Source: Bilabrum cf. latius
Taxonomy: Eukaryota
Direction: 5' to 3'
DNA length: 64,000 nucleotides
Assembly (NCBI GenBank): GCA_965178125.1
Contig: OZ237738.1
Span: forward strand, 1,426,001 to 1,490,000
In this document: positions 50,543 to 63,619 of the stretch, piece after piece
Layout of the letters: each line of letters starts with the position of its first letter
Numbering within the stretch: the stretch's first letter is position 1
The notes under the pieces: model-generated
What the model was told of the DNA's origin: nothing
The model's database searches: none
What the model saw: only the letters and a program-made list of their open reading frames with translations
Program-made: the position numbers and the translations under genes

Positions 50543-50783
50543 TTGCGGAAGCTGGAGCCTGCGTTGGGTGGGGTCGCAAAAGTGGGGAGGCCTGTGGCCT
50601 CTCATTTCACCCAATCGCAAGGCTTCAAGTTGGCTGTGTGCGGAGTCCGCGTTCGTGTCTCGATGCCGTTGGCATCTCCAAACTCTTTCTCATCTATGGC
50701 TTTGTCTACCACGCGAACATTCAATGCCACGAGTGCAAACATTTGATTCGCCACGGAGCTAGTGAGGCGTTTCTCTCAATTTT

Positions 50784-53426
50784 TCACGATATTGTGCAGC
50801 ACCCGCCGCTCGCTTGAACGGGCGGTTTCCGAGCAGGTGCTCCGAACGCCTAGCCCCCTTTCGGTCGCAACCCAGGTCCCTGCATGTCCTCTGCCGGCAT
50901 GCTGTCCTCCCTATATGCCGCCGATGCCCTCCTCCTCTCGCCGCTCCCCCCTTCCCCTTCCTTGCCTGCCGCTCCACCAGCACCCTCCTCTGGCTCGCCC
51001 AGATCCTGCTCGCCCATCGCAATCATCCGTCCGACTTTGTCAACCGCCTCTCCGCCCTCGCCCTCACCCTTGCCGCCCGAGCCATCTCCGGCCCTGCCCC
51101 CTCTCTTGTTCCCCGGCCTCTTCTTCACCGAGTCCTCGTACATCTCGCCCAGCCGGCTGCTGGTCAGCTCCGCCTCCCGCACCGCCTTCTCGGCTCGAGC
51201 CTCTGCACGGGCCACGGCAGCGCGCGAGGACTCGGCCGATGCCCGGGCCGACTCCGCCTCGGCTTCAAAAGAGGCGACACGGCGCTCCGCATCCTCCACG
51301 GCCGCCTTGCTCCTCGTCGCCTGGGCCTGCGCCGCCTCAAGCTGCCCCTGCAGCCGAGCCCTGTCCTGTCTGGCCTCACTGGCAGTCGACTGAGCCCGCC
51401 TCAGCTGGGCCCTGGCCTCATGAAGCTCGGCCTGCACCCCCGTCAGCTGCCGCTCTGCGGTGCTGGCCCGCTGCTGCCACGCCTCCGTGCGCGCCTGCTC
51501 CTCTCTAGACCTCGCGGCTCCCACCGTCTCGGCCACAGTCGGCAAAATGCCCGCCAGGAAGTCGTTCAGACACGCCTGCCTTGAGGGTCCTTTGGCCCGG
51601 TCTCTGTACCGTGTGACGAGTGAGGACAGGTCCGCGGCGATGGCGGATTCCGTGGCCCACACAATCGCGGAGACCTCCCCCTTGCTTGTTCCCTGGCTAG
51701 AGCTGCCCCCCGCCGGCCCACCCCCGCCCACGTCTCCACCCCTCCCTCCACTGCTGGTGCCTTTTCGCAAGGCATCCAGCGACGGCTCGAGATACTGCAC
51801 GCGTAGCTCTGCCAGCACCGCCATACAATGCACCCTGGAAGCCTCCTTGTTCTCTGCAAGCGCCCTTTCTCGCAGCTGCTGCAGGCCCTCCTGCAGCGCG
51901 CGGAGGTGCACCCCCTGGGCCTGCTCGCCCCCAATGGCCCTTCCCTTGAAGGCCCCTAGAACCCTGTCGCTGAGCCTCTCCATCTAGACCACAACGTCGT
52001 CTTCCTCCCGAGGTAAGGACTTGAGCAAAGCGCCAGTTCCTTCCTCTAGCACCCCTGCCGCCAGCCGACGAGCAGCCTCACACTCGGCTGCCGCGACACC
52101 CTCCCACGCGCCCGTGATTGAAGGCACGGCGTTGTTGTTGATCGCACCCACGTAGGCCGCCGCCAGCCCGCCAAGCACCCGCCCCGTCACCTGCTCACCG
52201 TACAGCGTCTTGGGCTTGAGCCGCACCCCGAAGACCTGCCCAAACAGGGCGTGGAGTCCCCTCCTGAACGCAGGCCTGAGCCGGTGCAGAGGCATGTCCT
52301 CCAGCCTCTGCAGGTCGTCCTCCTGTTCCGTGGGCCTCCTCAGCATGGCACAGTCCCTGTCTCGGAAAAAGCTCTTGAGGGAGCGCCTGGTGCGGTTCCT
52401 CGCCCGCGTGTCCTCCCTGAAGTTGCTGTCGTCCTCCTCCAGTGACTGCTCCAAGTAGTCCCGGGGGGAGAGGCGGGAGCCGTCCTCGGGGTCGATCAGC
52501 TCCAGGGCGAAATCGCGGAGGATCCACAAGAAAGAAGGCAGGAAGGCGGGGAGATCCTGCCCCGTGCCTTCTCTTGCCTGCCCATCGACAGGCCCTCCGC
52601 CAGTTGCCCCCGCAGGTGATGCCCCTGCCCCTGCGTCGCCGCTACTGGGGGCAGCATCAGCATCATCACCATCTCCCGCGCCGCTACCGCTCGAGGCCGC
52701 CACCGCACTCCCGCCTGCGCCCCCACCTCTCGTCTGAATGTGCTTCGTGAGATTCGCAACGAACGAAAGAGACTGGATGGCACCCTCCGAGATGGTCCCC
52801 ACCGAGTTGTAGGCCAGCAGCGAGCACAGCAGGGTCGCCAGCGCGAAGATCCTAGCGTCGTGCTCCTCGCTCGCGTCCTGCGCGCCGAAACCCTCTGTGT
52901 CCAGGACCAGAATGCCCGCACCCGAGGCAGAGGATTCCTCGTGGATGTCCACGGCGCCGTGCCAGCTGTCCTCGTCCTCCTCGTCGATGGCTGCTGCGCC
53001 CGAGCCAGGCCCACCACTGGCCTCGCCGCCAGCCCCGCCCGCATCAGTGCTCGCCTTGGCTTCTTCCTGTGCCAGCTGCTCCTCCTCCGCAGCAACAGAT
53101 GCAAGCCCTCGGCAGACTGCGTCGGCGTCAAAGCACCGTGGGTACAGCCAGACGCCCTTGGTGCAGCTCTAGATCGTGGAGCCCACCTCGAATCCAGAGA
53201 GAGACACTGTCTCGGACTTGGCGGCCCCAGTGCCAGCTCGCTCGGCCTATTCCAAAGTTTGAATCATTCGATTGAGCAGGTAGGACTTGCCAGTCCGTGC
53301 CTTGCCGGCAATGGCTAGAGGAGCAACCGGCCTGCCGATGCTAGCCAGAAACTTCAGCGCATCAGCTCCCACCTCAAATTTGGAGGGGTCCGATGCTGAT
53401 GGGAAAATGAATGGCAAGGGCTGCAT
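50784..53426 (-). CDS. Guanylate-binding protein (GBP/atlastin-type large GTPase) with C-terminal CaaX
   Basis: P-loop 'IAGKARTGKSYLLN', 'GFEVGSTI*SCTKGVW', 'LDTEG', 'HDARIFALATLL' and 'FLWILRDF', then a coiled coil. The C-terminus is 'GGCCTIS' TGA. TAGs at 53247, 53169, 51984 and 50850. A further upstream exon cannot be excluded. Confidence 0.9.
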
Positions 53427-53752
53427 GCCTCACTACGCGCGCAGAATGTGAAAGAGTGTATCCAGTACCAGCACGGAGCCGGCTGCTGTGCACGCCGGAT
53501 CAATCAACGGAAACCTTGCTGTCTGCTGCGTTGTACTGGCCCAGTTGGTATCACACTTCGAGTGATGCGCTTGCTAAACTAATCTTTATGTCCTAGCAAC
53601 TATCCGTTCCTCGTAAGGCCGTCTGTATCGCACAAAAAATGAGCGGGTCTCTCCACTGAACGGCAGCGAACCAGAGCGAACCCGGAACCAGCCCCCGAGC
53701 CCCCCCCCAAACGAACAAACGAACGAACCTGCAGGCGGCTGGCTCCTGCTCG

Positions 53753-56587
53753 TCAGACATCCTGCTCGTGCACAGCCCCACTTGCCCCGCTATCCTATGC
53801 CTGCTCCTCCTTCCCTTTGCTATTATCCTGTGCAGCACTCGCGGCATCCATTACCCACCGGAGCGACTCTGCCAGCGCCCCCACATTGCGCCCGTCCCTC
53901 CCGCACACTGGAATCACCGGCAGGTCCGTGGCCATGCGGAGGGCCTTGAGACCCGCCTGCGCCCCCGGCAGGTCCATCTTGGTCGCAACCACCACCGCCG
54001 GCCGCCTCGCCAACTCGGAATCGTATCTCGCGACCTCCCCCTGCAGCGCCTTCAGGTCCTCCACAGGACCCTGAGAGAGCCGGGGGTGCGCCCGCCAACC
54101 GGGACCGGGACCGCCGGCCGCAGCGTCCGCGGCTGCTTCCTTGGCGGCTTTGTCTACCTCTAGTTCATCACCGGCGCTTGCAGTCCCACCCTGCCCTTGC
54201 CCCTGCCCCTGCTCCTCAGCCACCCCTGGCTACCCCTGCCCGTGCCCGTGCCCGTGCGCTTGCCCCATCCTGGCACGCAGGGCCGCCAGAGCATCGGCGC
54301 CCTCGGCGGACAGGCCCTCCTGCAGCGCTGCTTCTCGTGCCTTCTGCTTCTCCTCCTCCATCGCAAGCTCGGCCTGTTCCCTGACAGTCTCCTCTTGTTC
54401 CCTGGCCTCCTCCCTGGCCATCTCGCTTGCCAGCCAGCGGGCGTCCTGCTCCATGTCGTGCCGCACCGACTCGGCCGCGATGTCGACCGACACAGAGGCC
54501 GGGCCGGCGGCATCGACAACGTACACTAGCACGGCAGTGCGCTGCACGTGCCGCAGGAAGTCCCGGCCCAGGCCCCGGTCCTCTGCGGCACCGGCGATCA
54601 GACCTGGGATATCAGCGATCCGCAGCTTGCGACCGTCCTGAAAGTGCACGCTACCCACAACCGGGTGTAGCGTTGTGAATGGAAAGGCGGCTACCTTTGG
54701 CCTGGCCCTAGACACGGATCGGAGGAGCGTGCTCTTCCCAGCGTTGGGGTACCCCACCAGCCCCGCATCCGCCACTGCCTTGAGCTCCAGTTCCAGGAAC
54801 CTGAGTTCCCCAGTCTGCCCCTGAACGTGGGTCGTGTCCGCCTGGTACTGCAGCTTGCCCGGCAGCTGCTTATTCCCTCGGCCGGGTGCGCCCCCTCGGG
54901 CCACGAGCACCTCCTGCCCCTCCTACGTCAAGTCTCCCAGCACGACCAGCCGGTCCGTGTAATCGGCCCTCACGAGGTATGACGAGTGTCCCAGCTGCCC
55001 CTCTCCCTCTCGATCGGACGCCACGGGCCCGAGTGACCGAGCCACGGACTGCCGCCCGCTCGAGGTGCTTCCAGCAGTACCAGTAGCAGAAGCAGCAGTA
55101 GCATCAGCATGACTAGCAGTGGTGCTGGTCGCATCCACATCTGTGTCTGATTCTGGTTCCGAGTCGTCGTCGAAATCCGATTCCGAGTCGGCACCTTCCT
55201 CCAGGACTCGCCTCAGCAGATCGTCGTCTCCTCGTCGCCCGCCGCTACCGGTCGCCACAGGCTACCCTCTGCTTCCCCTGCCCTCCCGGCTGGCCTGCCC
55301 CGTTGATGAGTCATTCATACCGATACCAATCTCGCCAATACTATTGCTATCACTATCGCTGTTGCTATCGCTCCCGTACTCATCGCTCTGCACGCGAGCC
55401 ACCAGTCCCTCCAGCGCATCACCAGCGGCACCCTGCCCCTGCCACCGTGCCCGCCCCACGCCCATGCCCCCAGCCACTACGCCCTCCATTCTGCCACGTG
55501 CTTCGCTATCGATTTCTCTGCTATCGAGCCCAATGCCTCCTTCGTCGTTTTCCTCCCCCTCCCCCTCCCCCTCCCCCTCCTCCTCCCCTTCGCTCTCGCT
55601 GTCCTCTTGCCCGAGCACCTGCCCGCGAGCGAGCGCCCGGCCCTCTGGGCTCCTCCTCGGGGGCATCTTCCCGCGAGGACCACGCTCTAGCACGCCCGCG
55701 CCCATGACAGGGACGTTGTTATCGGCATACTCGTCCCGGAAATCATCGTCATCCTCCAATTCGTCAAAGCTCTCGCCGCTCCCCAGCAGGCCCAGCTCCT
55801 CCAGCGTGTCACCACCTCCCTGCCAGTCCTCGTCGTCGCCTCGGGCGGCTGCAGCGGCCCGAGCAGCGTCGCTGCCTGGAGCTTGTTGTATCTCGGCTAG
55901 AAACTTACCCATCGCTCCCGGAAAAGAGGCCTGTATGTCCGCAGCTGTCTCCTGGATGTTGTAGGTCTGCAAGGCAGTGAATTGGAAGGGAACAGGTAAC
56001 ACTAACAGGACATCGAGTGGCTGCATAAAGGACTTGCATGCAGCTTAGATGAGCTCATGTCTCACTCTGTGCACTTCCTTGACCGTGGTGCCCACAGGCA
56101 CGTGCACGATGGTGTCTCGACCCCTCCCACCACCTTTGTTGCTGCCCTGTGCATCCCTGCCGTGCCCACCATTAAAGACGAATGTGCTGAAGCTGAGATC
56201 GCCTAGTGAGCTCACTGCGCGTATGACTACGTTGCCGCCTCGGCCTCCGGATCCACCGGCGGCCTTGCGCTTCGCCTCCTGCAGCTGCTCAAAGGCAACA
56301 ACTCCTTTACCGCCATTGCCACCGTTGACCTGTACCCTGACGCGATCCATAAAAGTCCCACGCTTTCTTCGTTCGGCACCAACCCCGGCGGAATAACTTT
56401 TGATGCTGTCATCGTCACGACGAGAGCGTGCCGAAACTCGAAAGGTGCGCCTGTCTTGACGACGGCGTGGTCGTACACTGGCTACTTCTGGTCCCCACAG
56501 TTTCGCTGCACCTGGCCTAGCTGTTTGTATGAAGCAGTACAACAAAGTCCTACATCGATTGGAGAGCTGTGCCCTTTGTCGGAGCAT
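53753..56587 (-). CDS. Obg-family GTPase, probably mitochondrial (MTG2/ObgE-like, ~910 aa)
   Basis: 'FMDRVRVQVNGGNGGKG', 'GGSGGRGGNV', 'VPVGT', 'GDLT*EGQEVLVARGG', 'LELKAVADAGLVGYPNAGKST', 'PFTTLHP', 'DIPGL' and 'TKMD'. Intron at 55967-56065 and four in-frame TAGs. Ends TGA at 53753. Confidence 0.9.
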
Positions 56588-56679
56588 GGAATCGGTGTTT
56601 AGTGCCGCAAACCCGCCTCTCTACTCGGTTGTAACCTCGAGTTTACACGAAAGGCAACTTGCTCCACATTCTCGGTAAC

Positions 56680-57922
56680 ATGTCCGTTTCTGACGTTGCG
56701 CCAGGAAGCTATGTCAAGGTGTATGCTGATGGAGTCTGGTGGCAGGGGCTTGCATTGCAGCTGCTGGATCGTGGCGCCAAGGTGCAGCGCCAGCCGCTCG
56801 AAGGTGAGAACGAAAAGAGACGTGGCAGAGACACGTGCCAGTTCCCTCGCGGCCACTGGACGCAATCTTAAGGCATTTAGCTGTACAAAGTTCGGTTGTT
56901 TTGCACCATGATGACCTTGTTTGGCCAATTCGAGTTTGTTATGCGCAGGCGCTTCGATGCATGCTGCCCATTCCGAGCATGCAAACATGGCTATCGTGAT
57001 CCCTAGCTCAGCTGAGGCATCTAGGATTGACTCAGCGCTTGCAAGAGCGCACTCTGCACTCTCAAGTGGTGGCAAACTGGTGGTGCTGCTTCCTGGAGCT
57101 GGCTCCGACGTGGCTCAGTTCAGCGTGCGCGTGCTGGTCGCCGGATTCGAGCAATCGGTGCAGTCGCACGCCGCCGGCATGGGCCCTTGCTTGCTTGCTC
57201 GAAAGTCATCAGTGGCGCAGGCATTATCGGCTGCCGCTACCACCGTTGCGGCTGCGGTTCCTCCGTCCGTCCCGAAGCAGCCCGTGGTCACCCCGGCGAG
57301 CACAGACGCGGTTCCGCTACGGCGCCGCAGAAAGAACAAGGCGTCCGCTGGCTCGAGCGCGGCCTCTGGCTCGGGATCAGGATCCACCATACTTTCTTCC
57401 TCCTCCCCTTCCTCGGGCTGGGACGCGGCAGTGGCCTCAAGCTCTGTGCAGGAGAGCAAGGAGTCCGGTGCTGGTGTGACGAGTGTGCTGGTGGACGAGG
57501 ACGCGCTGCTGGCGGCGGATGCGGGTGCCTTGGACAGCGTGAGCAAGGCTGCAGGCGGGTGCGAGACCAAGCGCCGGGCCTGCAAGAACTGCTCCTGCGG
57601 GAGGGCACAGAGAGAGGAGGCAGAGCTGAGGCAGGGAACAACGGCGGCGGCGGCAGTGGGGGCCGCGACCGAGTCCAAGGACGGCGAAGCAGCGGCAGAA
57701 GGAACGCCAGGCGACGCTGCTGAGCTGGCAGCCAAGGCGCAGGCAGCCACGGGGACAGACGCACCGACGAGCGCCTGCGGGAACTGCTTCCGGGGGGATG
57801 CCTTCCGCTGTGCCTCGTGCCCGTACAAGGGGCTGCCCGCATTCAAGCCGGGGATGGGGGCGCAGCTGGTGCTGGATGTGGGAGGCACGGGGGATCTGGA
57901 TGCTCCGATCGAGACGGAGTGA
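56680..57922 (+). CDS. CIAPIN1: Anamorsin / Dre2 Fe-S cluster assembly factor
   Basis: 'LVDEDALL', '[14 protein letters not shown]' and '[28 protein letters not shown]'. Proposed intron at 56804-56948. Ends TGA. Confidence 0.9.
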
Positions 57923-58640
57923 GCATCAGCGGCGGGGAGGCACCTGTGGCCTCTGCTCGCCCTCGGGTGTTTGCTTGCTGATCCAATGGTCGAGTGAGAT
58001 TTGAACGAATTGGTGCATGACGCAGCTGTTTCCTTTGCTATTTCGTGGAATTTCTTCACAGAGGTCAATACACCCGACAGCTGCATTGCTGCAGCAAGAG
58101 CGACAGACCTTGATGATCCCACGTCTCGGCCGCCCCTAGATCTATGCTCGAAACCGCTTAGATTGGAATCTCTTGCGCTACCGCTGCCTGTCTGCCCGAA
58201 CACGACAACGCACGGCCCAGCCTCCCAAGTAACCAAAGTTTCTACAGTCAAGTGGTCCTGAAAGCTGTGCTCCCACCGGTTTCACGGATTACAGAACCGC
58301 GCGGCCTGCACTAGCAGGCAGCTGCTCGCGGCCAATGCTCGCTCACCCGCAACACCGCGCAGTCCACCCTCTCACGACCGCGCCCTGTGCTCGTCACATG
58401 CGCCACGAAGCACAAAGTACACGTGGCAACTATCTTTAATGGCCCCCACTCAAATTCTAGCCCGTACACTGCACATCGCTAGTCCTCCAAGCCACTGGAG
58501 ACGGTGGCTCGAGTAGACCTCGTGCACTGGGCCCACTCCTGCGCCGAAGCAATGCTACCCTAGTCTATATTGTGGCGCGATAGATCACGCGTGCTGCAGA
58601 TTTATGCTGCATGCACGCATGCGTTTATCCCACGTGAGCC

Positions 58641-58988
58641 TCAGGTAGGCTTGTAGATGCTCTTGCGCTTCTTCGCTGCCGCCGCGCGCTCTGCCTCTGC
58701 AGCCTCCACGCGCTCCTTGGCCTCCTCCACCCGCTTGAATAGCGGTGCATTCTTCAGCATATCCGGTAAAACTATGAATCTAACTGCGCTACCACGCAAG
58801 AAAACGTGATCCATTCGGGCAACCTTCCCTGACTTTGATCTGGCAGTGACCGCAGACAGGTGACAGTTCATGTTTGGCTCTGCCTCGTCAAGCTGACCCC
58901 TGTACACTTCTCCGGTGGTCAGCTCAACGATGACTGGGTGGCCCTCGCCTTCGTGCAGAAGCTTGATGGGGATACTAGCGGACGCCAT
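58641..58988 (-). CDS. SNRPD3: Small nuclear ribonucleoprotein Sm D3
   Basis: 'IPIKLLHEGEGH...GEVYRG...NMNC...FLRGSAVRFIVLPDMLKNAP'. Ends TGA. Confidence 0.95.
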   Translation of the reverse strand: MASASIPIKLLHEGEGHPVIVELTTGEVYRGQLDEAEPNMNCHLSAVTARSKSGKVARMDHVFLRGSAVRFIVLPDMLKNAPLFKRVEEAKERVEAAEAERAAAAKKRKSIYKPT

Positions 58989-59407
58989 TGCAGAGTTGGA
59001 GCTTCTCGAATCGGATCAGGCAAATACCACCTTGTTCAACCAGAAAGTCGGTTGAAAGCACAAATCAAACAGAACTACAGATAGGTGTGAGCCCAGGTGT
59101 TCTCTAGAGCGCACAGAATTCGCCACAAATGGAAGACTTGCCGTCACAGTGTTGTAACGTGGCATTTATGGTTTGTGGAGCTCGCGTTGCGACCAAGACT
59201 TGGGCGATTCAACTTTCTGCGTAGCTGCGGCACGGTGCAGCTGCTTTGCGCGTTCTTACCATTTTCTTGAAGTTTCCTCCGCTCTATTTCTTTTGGTAGC
59301 CGGTAGAGCTGTCAAGGTCTTCTTGCAGTACGCTGGGAGAGCCGGCCCGCGACGCTTGCAAGGTAACGGCAACCACGCAGTGATTGCAGCAGCAAGGAAG
59401 TGCTACG

Positions 59408-62400
59408 ATGGCAAGCCAGGTATCGGACGGGGTTCGGTAGGATAGCGAGCGAGATAATCTGCTAAGAGGCTCCGGTGGCAGCTCGCGCGGCCTCGGTGTT
59501 GATAAGGGGGGTTAGCGACGAGCCAACGAGCGTTCGGACAGAAGCGTTGGCCTTGGGACCGGAGGCGAGCAGGGAAACCACCCTCAAGACGAGAGCAAGG
59601 CATCAGTAGGTGCAGCGACTGGACCTGGAAGTCGCCTTCGCGAAGGACACGGTGATCCTGGGGTGAGAAGCAGCGTCGGTTTCGGTGCCAGCGGCCGACG
59701 GGTTGCCGTGCCACCGCAGGGCGAGAATGCATCTAGTCGGTACGCTAGCAGCAATTTAGAAGGGCCGCACGACGGACGAGCAGAGCCTCGCTGGCGCTGG
59801 ACGCGCGGCGACGGCCTGGTGGAATCTGCGAAAGTGGGGTTCTGCGAGCGTCGCGTGGCGAGCATGTTTTGGCCCGAGAAGCTGCTCGTGATGCTGCAGG
59901 CCGTGCAGTGGTTCGCTCTGCTGTGGGCCTACATGCGGCCCCGGCCGTGGCCTTTGAATTTCCGTAGGGCCATCGGGCCCGTGGTCTGGGTGAACGCCGA
60001 CTGGGTCTCTGACCTGGCGCGACGGAGGGACGGGAGGGAGGTGGACGTGGGGACGGCGACGACCTACGTGTCTCCCTGGGGAGAGATGGAGGGCTTCTGG
60101 ATGTACGCGACGGGGTGGGCGGCTCTCCCCTTCGCGGTGATCGTGCTAGCATGGGTGGGGGAGGGCGTGGCATGGTGCCAGGAGCGCCACCAGCAGCGCA
60201 CCCGCATGCGCTGGAGGGACGCACTGAGGGGACTCGGAATCGCGCTGCAGCTGCCCGCACTCGTCACACTGCTCCGCGTCTACGACTGCGAGGCCTACAC
60301 CGAGAGCTTCCTGGAGATCGCGCCTGACGCAGAGCCGCAGACCGTGTATAGGATGGGCGCAGAGCCCAGCTTCGAGTGCCTCTCGTGGCAGCACTGGGCG
60401 CTCATGGGGGGCTGCCTGCCCGCGGCCCTTCTCTTTGCCGTAGGGCTGCCCTGGTACCTGGGTGTGGTCGCGAGCAAGAACACGATCTACGATGCGCCCA
60501 GGCAGCACGAGAGGTACCTGAGGTGGAGGGAGGCCGAGTACGAGCTGGGCCTCGGTGTGCAGTGGAGGCACGCGGGCATGTGGGTCATGTCGTCCTTCCG
60601 CAGGGGTTTCCTGCACCCCTGGGACAGGGCTCTCTGGGCTGCCTCCTCGAGCGCTCTCGCTCTCATGTGGATCTTCTTGCGGGACTACCCCGAGCTGCAG
60701 GTCGACCTGTTCCTCGTGGTGATTGTTCTCTGGGGCATCAGGCAGTGGTACCACCCGGCCTTCCGCTCGATGACCACCAACCTCGTGGCCTGGGCCTGCC
60801 ACTGGTGGATCGCGGTGTGCGCCTTCTTGACGGCGCTGCGGGTGCACGGTGTGCGCACGGAGGTCACCGTTGCCTCCCGATTCGCGGACTGGCTGCGGCT
60901 GTCGTGCATCGTTGCGGCAAGCCTCTGCGGCGGTGCCGTGCTGCTGGCGCTGTGGCCCCACTGGTGCCTCCCTCGCTTCCTGCGGGACCCCTGGCCCACG
61001 GCCGTGCTGACGGACCAGGCGGACCTGCCCAGGCTCGGCATGGAGGAGCTGGCGGGCCTGGGGCCGGCCCTGCCCGAGGTGGGCCCGCGGCTGTTCCCCG
61101 CCGGTATCGCCGCGGACCGTGCTGCGAAGCAGGCCGCCGCGAGGGGTAACGACGCTGCGCAGAAGGCGGTGGCAGCGGCCGCGGCCGTGTCTCCGTACTC
61201 TGGCTCAGCCGGCGACCTGTCCGAGGGAGACGCCTACCTCTTCGGGATGTCACTGTGGCCGGGGCCACCAAGGAGACCGTCCTCCGCGGGGAACAGCAGC
61301 AGCGGCGGGAGGGGAAGGGAAAGGGGGGCCGGCGGCGGCCCGCCGTCGTCCGCCGGTGGGATGTCGCCCACGAGCCAGGGAACAGCGGGCGCGGCGCGGG
61401 CTCTGCTAGCGGACTGGGGCCTGGCCGGGGACGACTCCTCGGAGGCTCACAGCGACGGGAGGATGAGCAGCGGGGAGGCGGGCGGGCTGGGGTCGGGGTC
61501 CGCGTCGGTCCGGTCCCCTGGGGTCGGTGGGGGCGCGGGTGTGTTCCCCGGGGATGCCTATGGGAGCGAGGAAAAGGGAGGCCCCCGCAGTGGGGGCAAG
61601 GGGCGGGGTGTGGGCCTGTCCCAGCTGCTGCGAGCCAAGGCCAGCTTCCTGCGTGACAGGCGCAGGATCGAGCACAGGGCAGCGGGCTCGCGGGCGGGTG
61701 CGGGTGCGCTGCGGAGACAGAAGCTGGCCATGGGCCTGCACTCGTCACGAAGGCTGCTGGACCCGCTGGGTGCGGATGGCGGGGCGGGTGGCCGTGGGGG
61801 CACCCTGGGCGCCTTTGGGGCTGGGGCAGGGGCCGTGGGTTCGCGCCCCGGGACTGCATCGGGGTACAGCACTGCCTCTGGATCCACCGCGGCCGCTCCC
61901 CGTGCCGACTCTGTGGCGCGAAGCCGGGGCAAGCTGTCCAGCGCGGGGGGGTTGAAGCATGCAGCCGCGGATCTCGGGCAGGACGATGGCTCGCTGGCCG
62001 CCGTGGAGAAGGGGCAGATGTCGGCCGAGCAGGCCGAGCGGGAGCTGTGGAAGCAGCTATTCTGGAGACCCCTCGACACGCTGGACGTGCTTCGGCTAGA
62101 GAGGAGGTGGGTGCTGATGGTGCGCGCTGCCAGAGACAGGATCTCGAGGGCGGTGCTGGGGCCTCCAGAGCTCGTGCACTGCCCCGCGCTGCGAGCCGCC
62201 GCCCGGCAGCTGAGGGAAGACATGCAGCTGGCCAACAAGGCCGGACACGTGTTCGCGTGGAGCCTGCAGGAGGCCATGGAGGACTGCGCCGACCTCGCGC
62301 AGGCGGCCTCTCCGATTTCCGCGCTCGAGGGTAACCGCACGCTACAAAGGACCGTGATGGACCTCTCCCGCCGGATGCGTCAGCGGCGGCTGGATTTCGC

Positions 62401-63394
62401 CCTGGTGGACCCGAGGAAGCGACGCATCCTGATGAAGCTGCTGGCCCTGCGGTGCTGGCTGGGCCGCCGGCGGGTCGCCAAGGTGCCGTTGCGTCAGCTG
62501 CGGGCGCTCACGATGGCCCTGCGGAGGGGGGACGCGGACGCGGCGGCTGCCACGGACCAGAGCATCCTGGACGGGCTGGAGGGGGTGCACGAGGTGGAGG
62601 ACATCGACGACGACGATGAGGATGAGGATATAGATGAAGGGGCTGCTGGTGGTGGTGCGGGCGCTCGCGAAGACGCCGAGATGGGGGTGGGGCTGCCACG
62701 TGCGGGGTCGCAGGCAGGGGCGGGCATGCTTCCTTCGCAGGGATCCGTGCTGCTGATGCCTGGCAACACGGACGAGAGGCAGGGGGCCGGTCTGTTCGGG
62801 CTGCACCCCGGGGCCACTTCGCTGGCCGCTGTGCGGGCTGACAGCCTGGAGGGGCTGGGGCCCTCCACGCTGCAGTCGCTGACGGGCGCTGTGCTCGCGA
62901 TGCTGCGGCGAGGGGCCGAGTCGGAGCGGGCCCGGGAGGAGGCCAAGAGGGCGGAGAGGGGCGCTGCGGCGCTGCTGTCGGGAGACCGGGTGCAGTCGGA
63001 CTCGGAGGACTCGGAGGGTGCCGGGGTGGACGAGGGCAAGGGCAAGGGGGCGAGCGGGGGGATGGAGGTGGAGGACGACGGGGGAATGGGGCTCAGGCGC
63101 AGGGGCAGGGAACAGAGGCAGGGGGGAGGGGGTCTGGGGGAGGCCGCGCGGCTTCGGTATGCCTCGCTGGTGCGGGGGGGGCGGCTGACCCGGAGGGAAC
63201 AACGGGAGCTGCAGGCCGCCCGGCTGCTCGTGCGTCCCCTCCGGGAGCGGTGGGACAAGCTGGTGTCCGGCTGGGAGGAGGCGTACAGGGTGGGGCACAG
63301 CGGGCTGGACCCCTCGGCGGGTGAGCAGGCCTCCATCGTGGGCTGGTACGAGGCCAGGAAGAGGCTCGAGGCAGCCACGCCAAGGCTGTGGTGA
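59408..63394 (+). CDS. Uncharacterised multi-pass membrane protein with long cytosolic tail
   Basis: A 1,243-aa ORF with ~8 hydrophobic segments in the N-terminal half. The frame extends upstream to ATG 59408 through two TAGs, so the start is uncertain. Ends TGA. Confidence 0.7.
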
Positions 63395-63619
63395 TGGAGG
63401 CTTTCGGCCCGCGGATGTATTGCGCGAGCTTTCCCGGTTGAATACAGTTCGAGATTTTGGACACGCGTACGGCTGTACTTGGTTCCGGGGGGTGGCCAAT
63501 CCGAAGCAAGCGGCGCCGCTTTTGGTTCCGTTAACCAGTTCCTGTGCACCGCTGGGTCAACAGCGTGTAGCTGCTGCTTGATCGTATTGCAGATCTGCAG
63601 TAGCCAATAAGTTGAATTC

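Noticed and set aside
57923-58640. Possible ncRNA or small gene in the long anamorsin-SmD3 gap
   Set aside because: I see only a short hairpin and an isolated TGATGA. There is no convincing tRNA, snoRNA or coding signal by eye; an Infernal/Rfam search would be needed.
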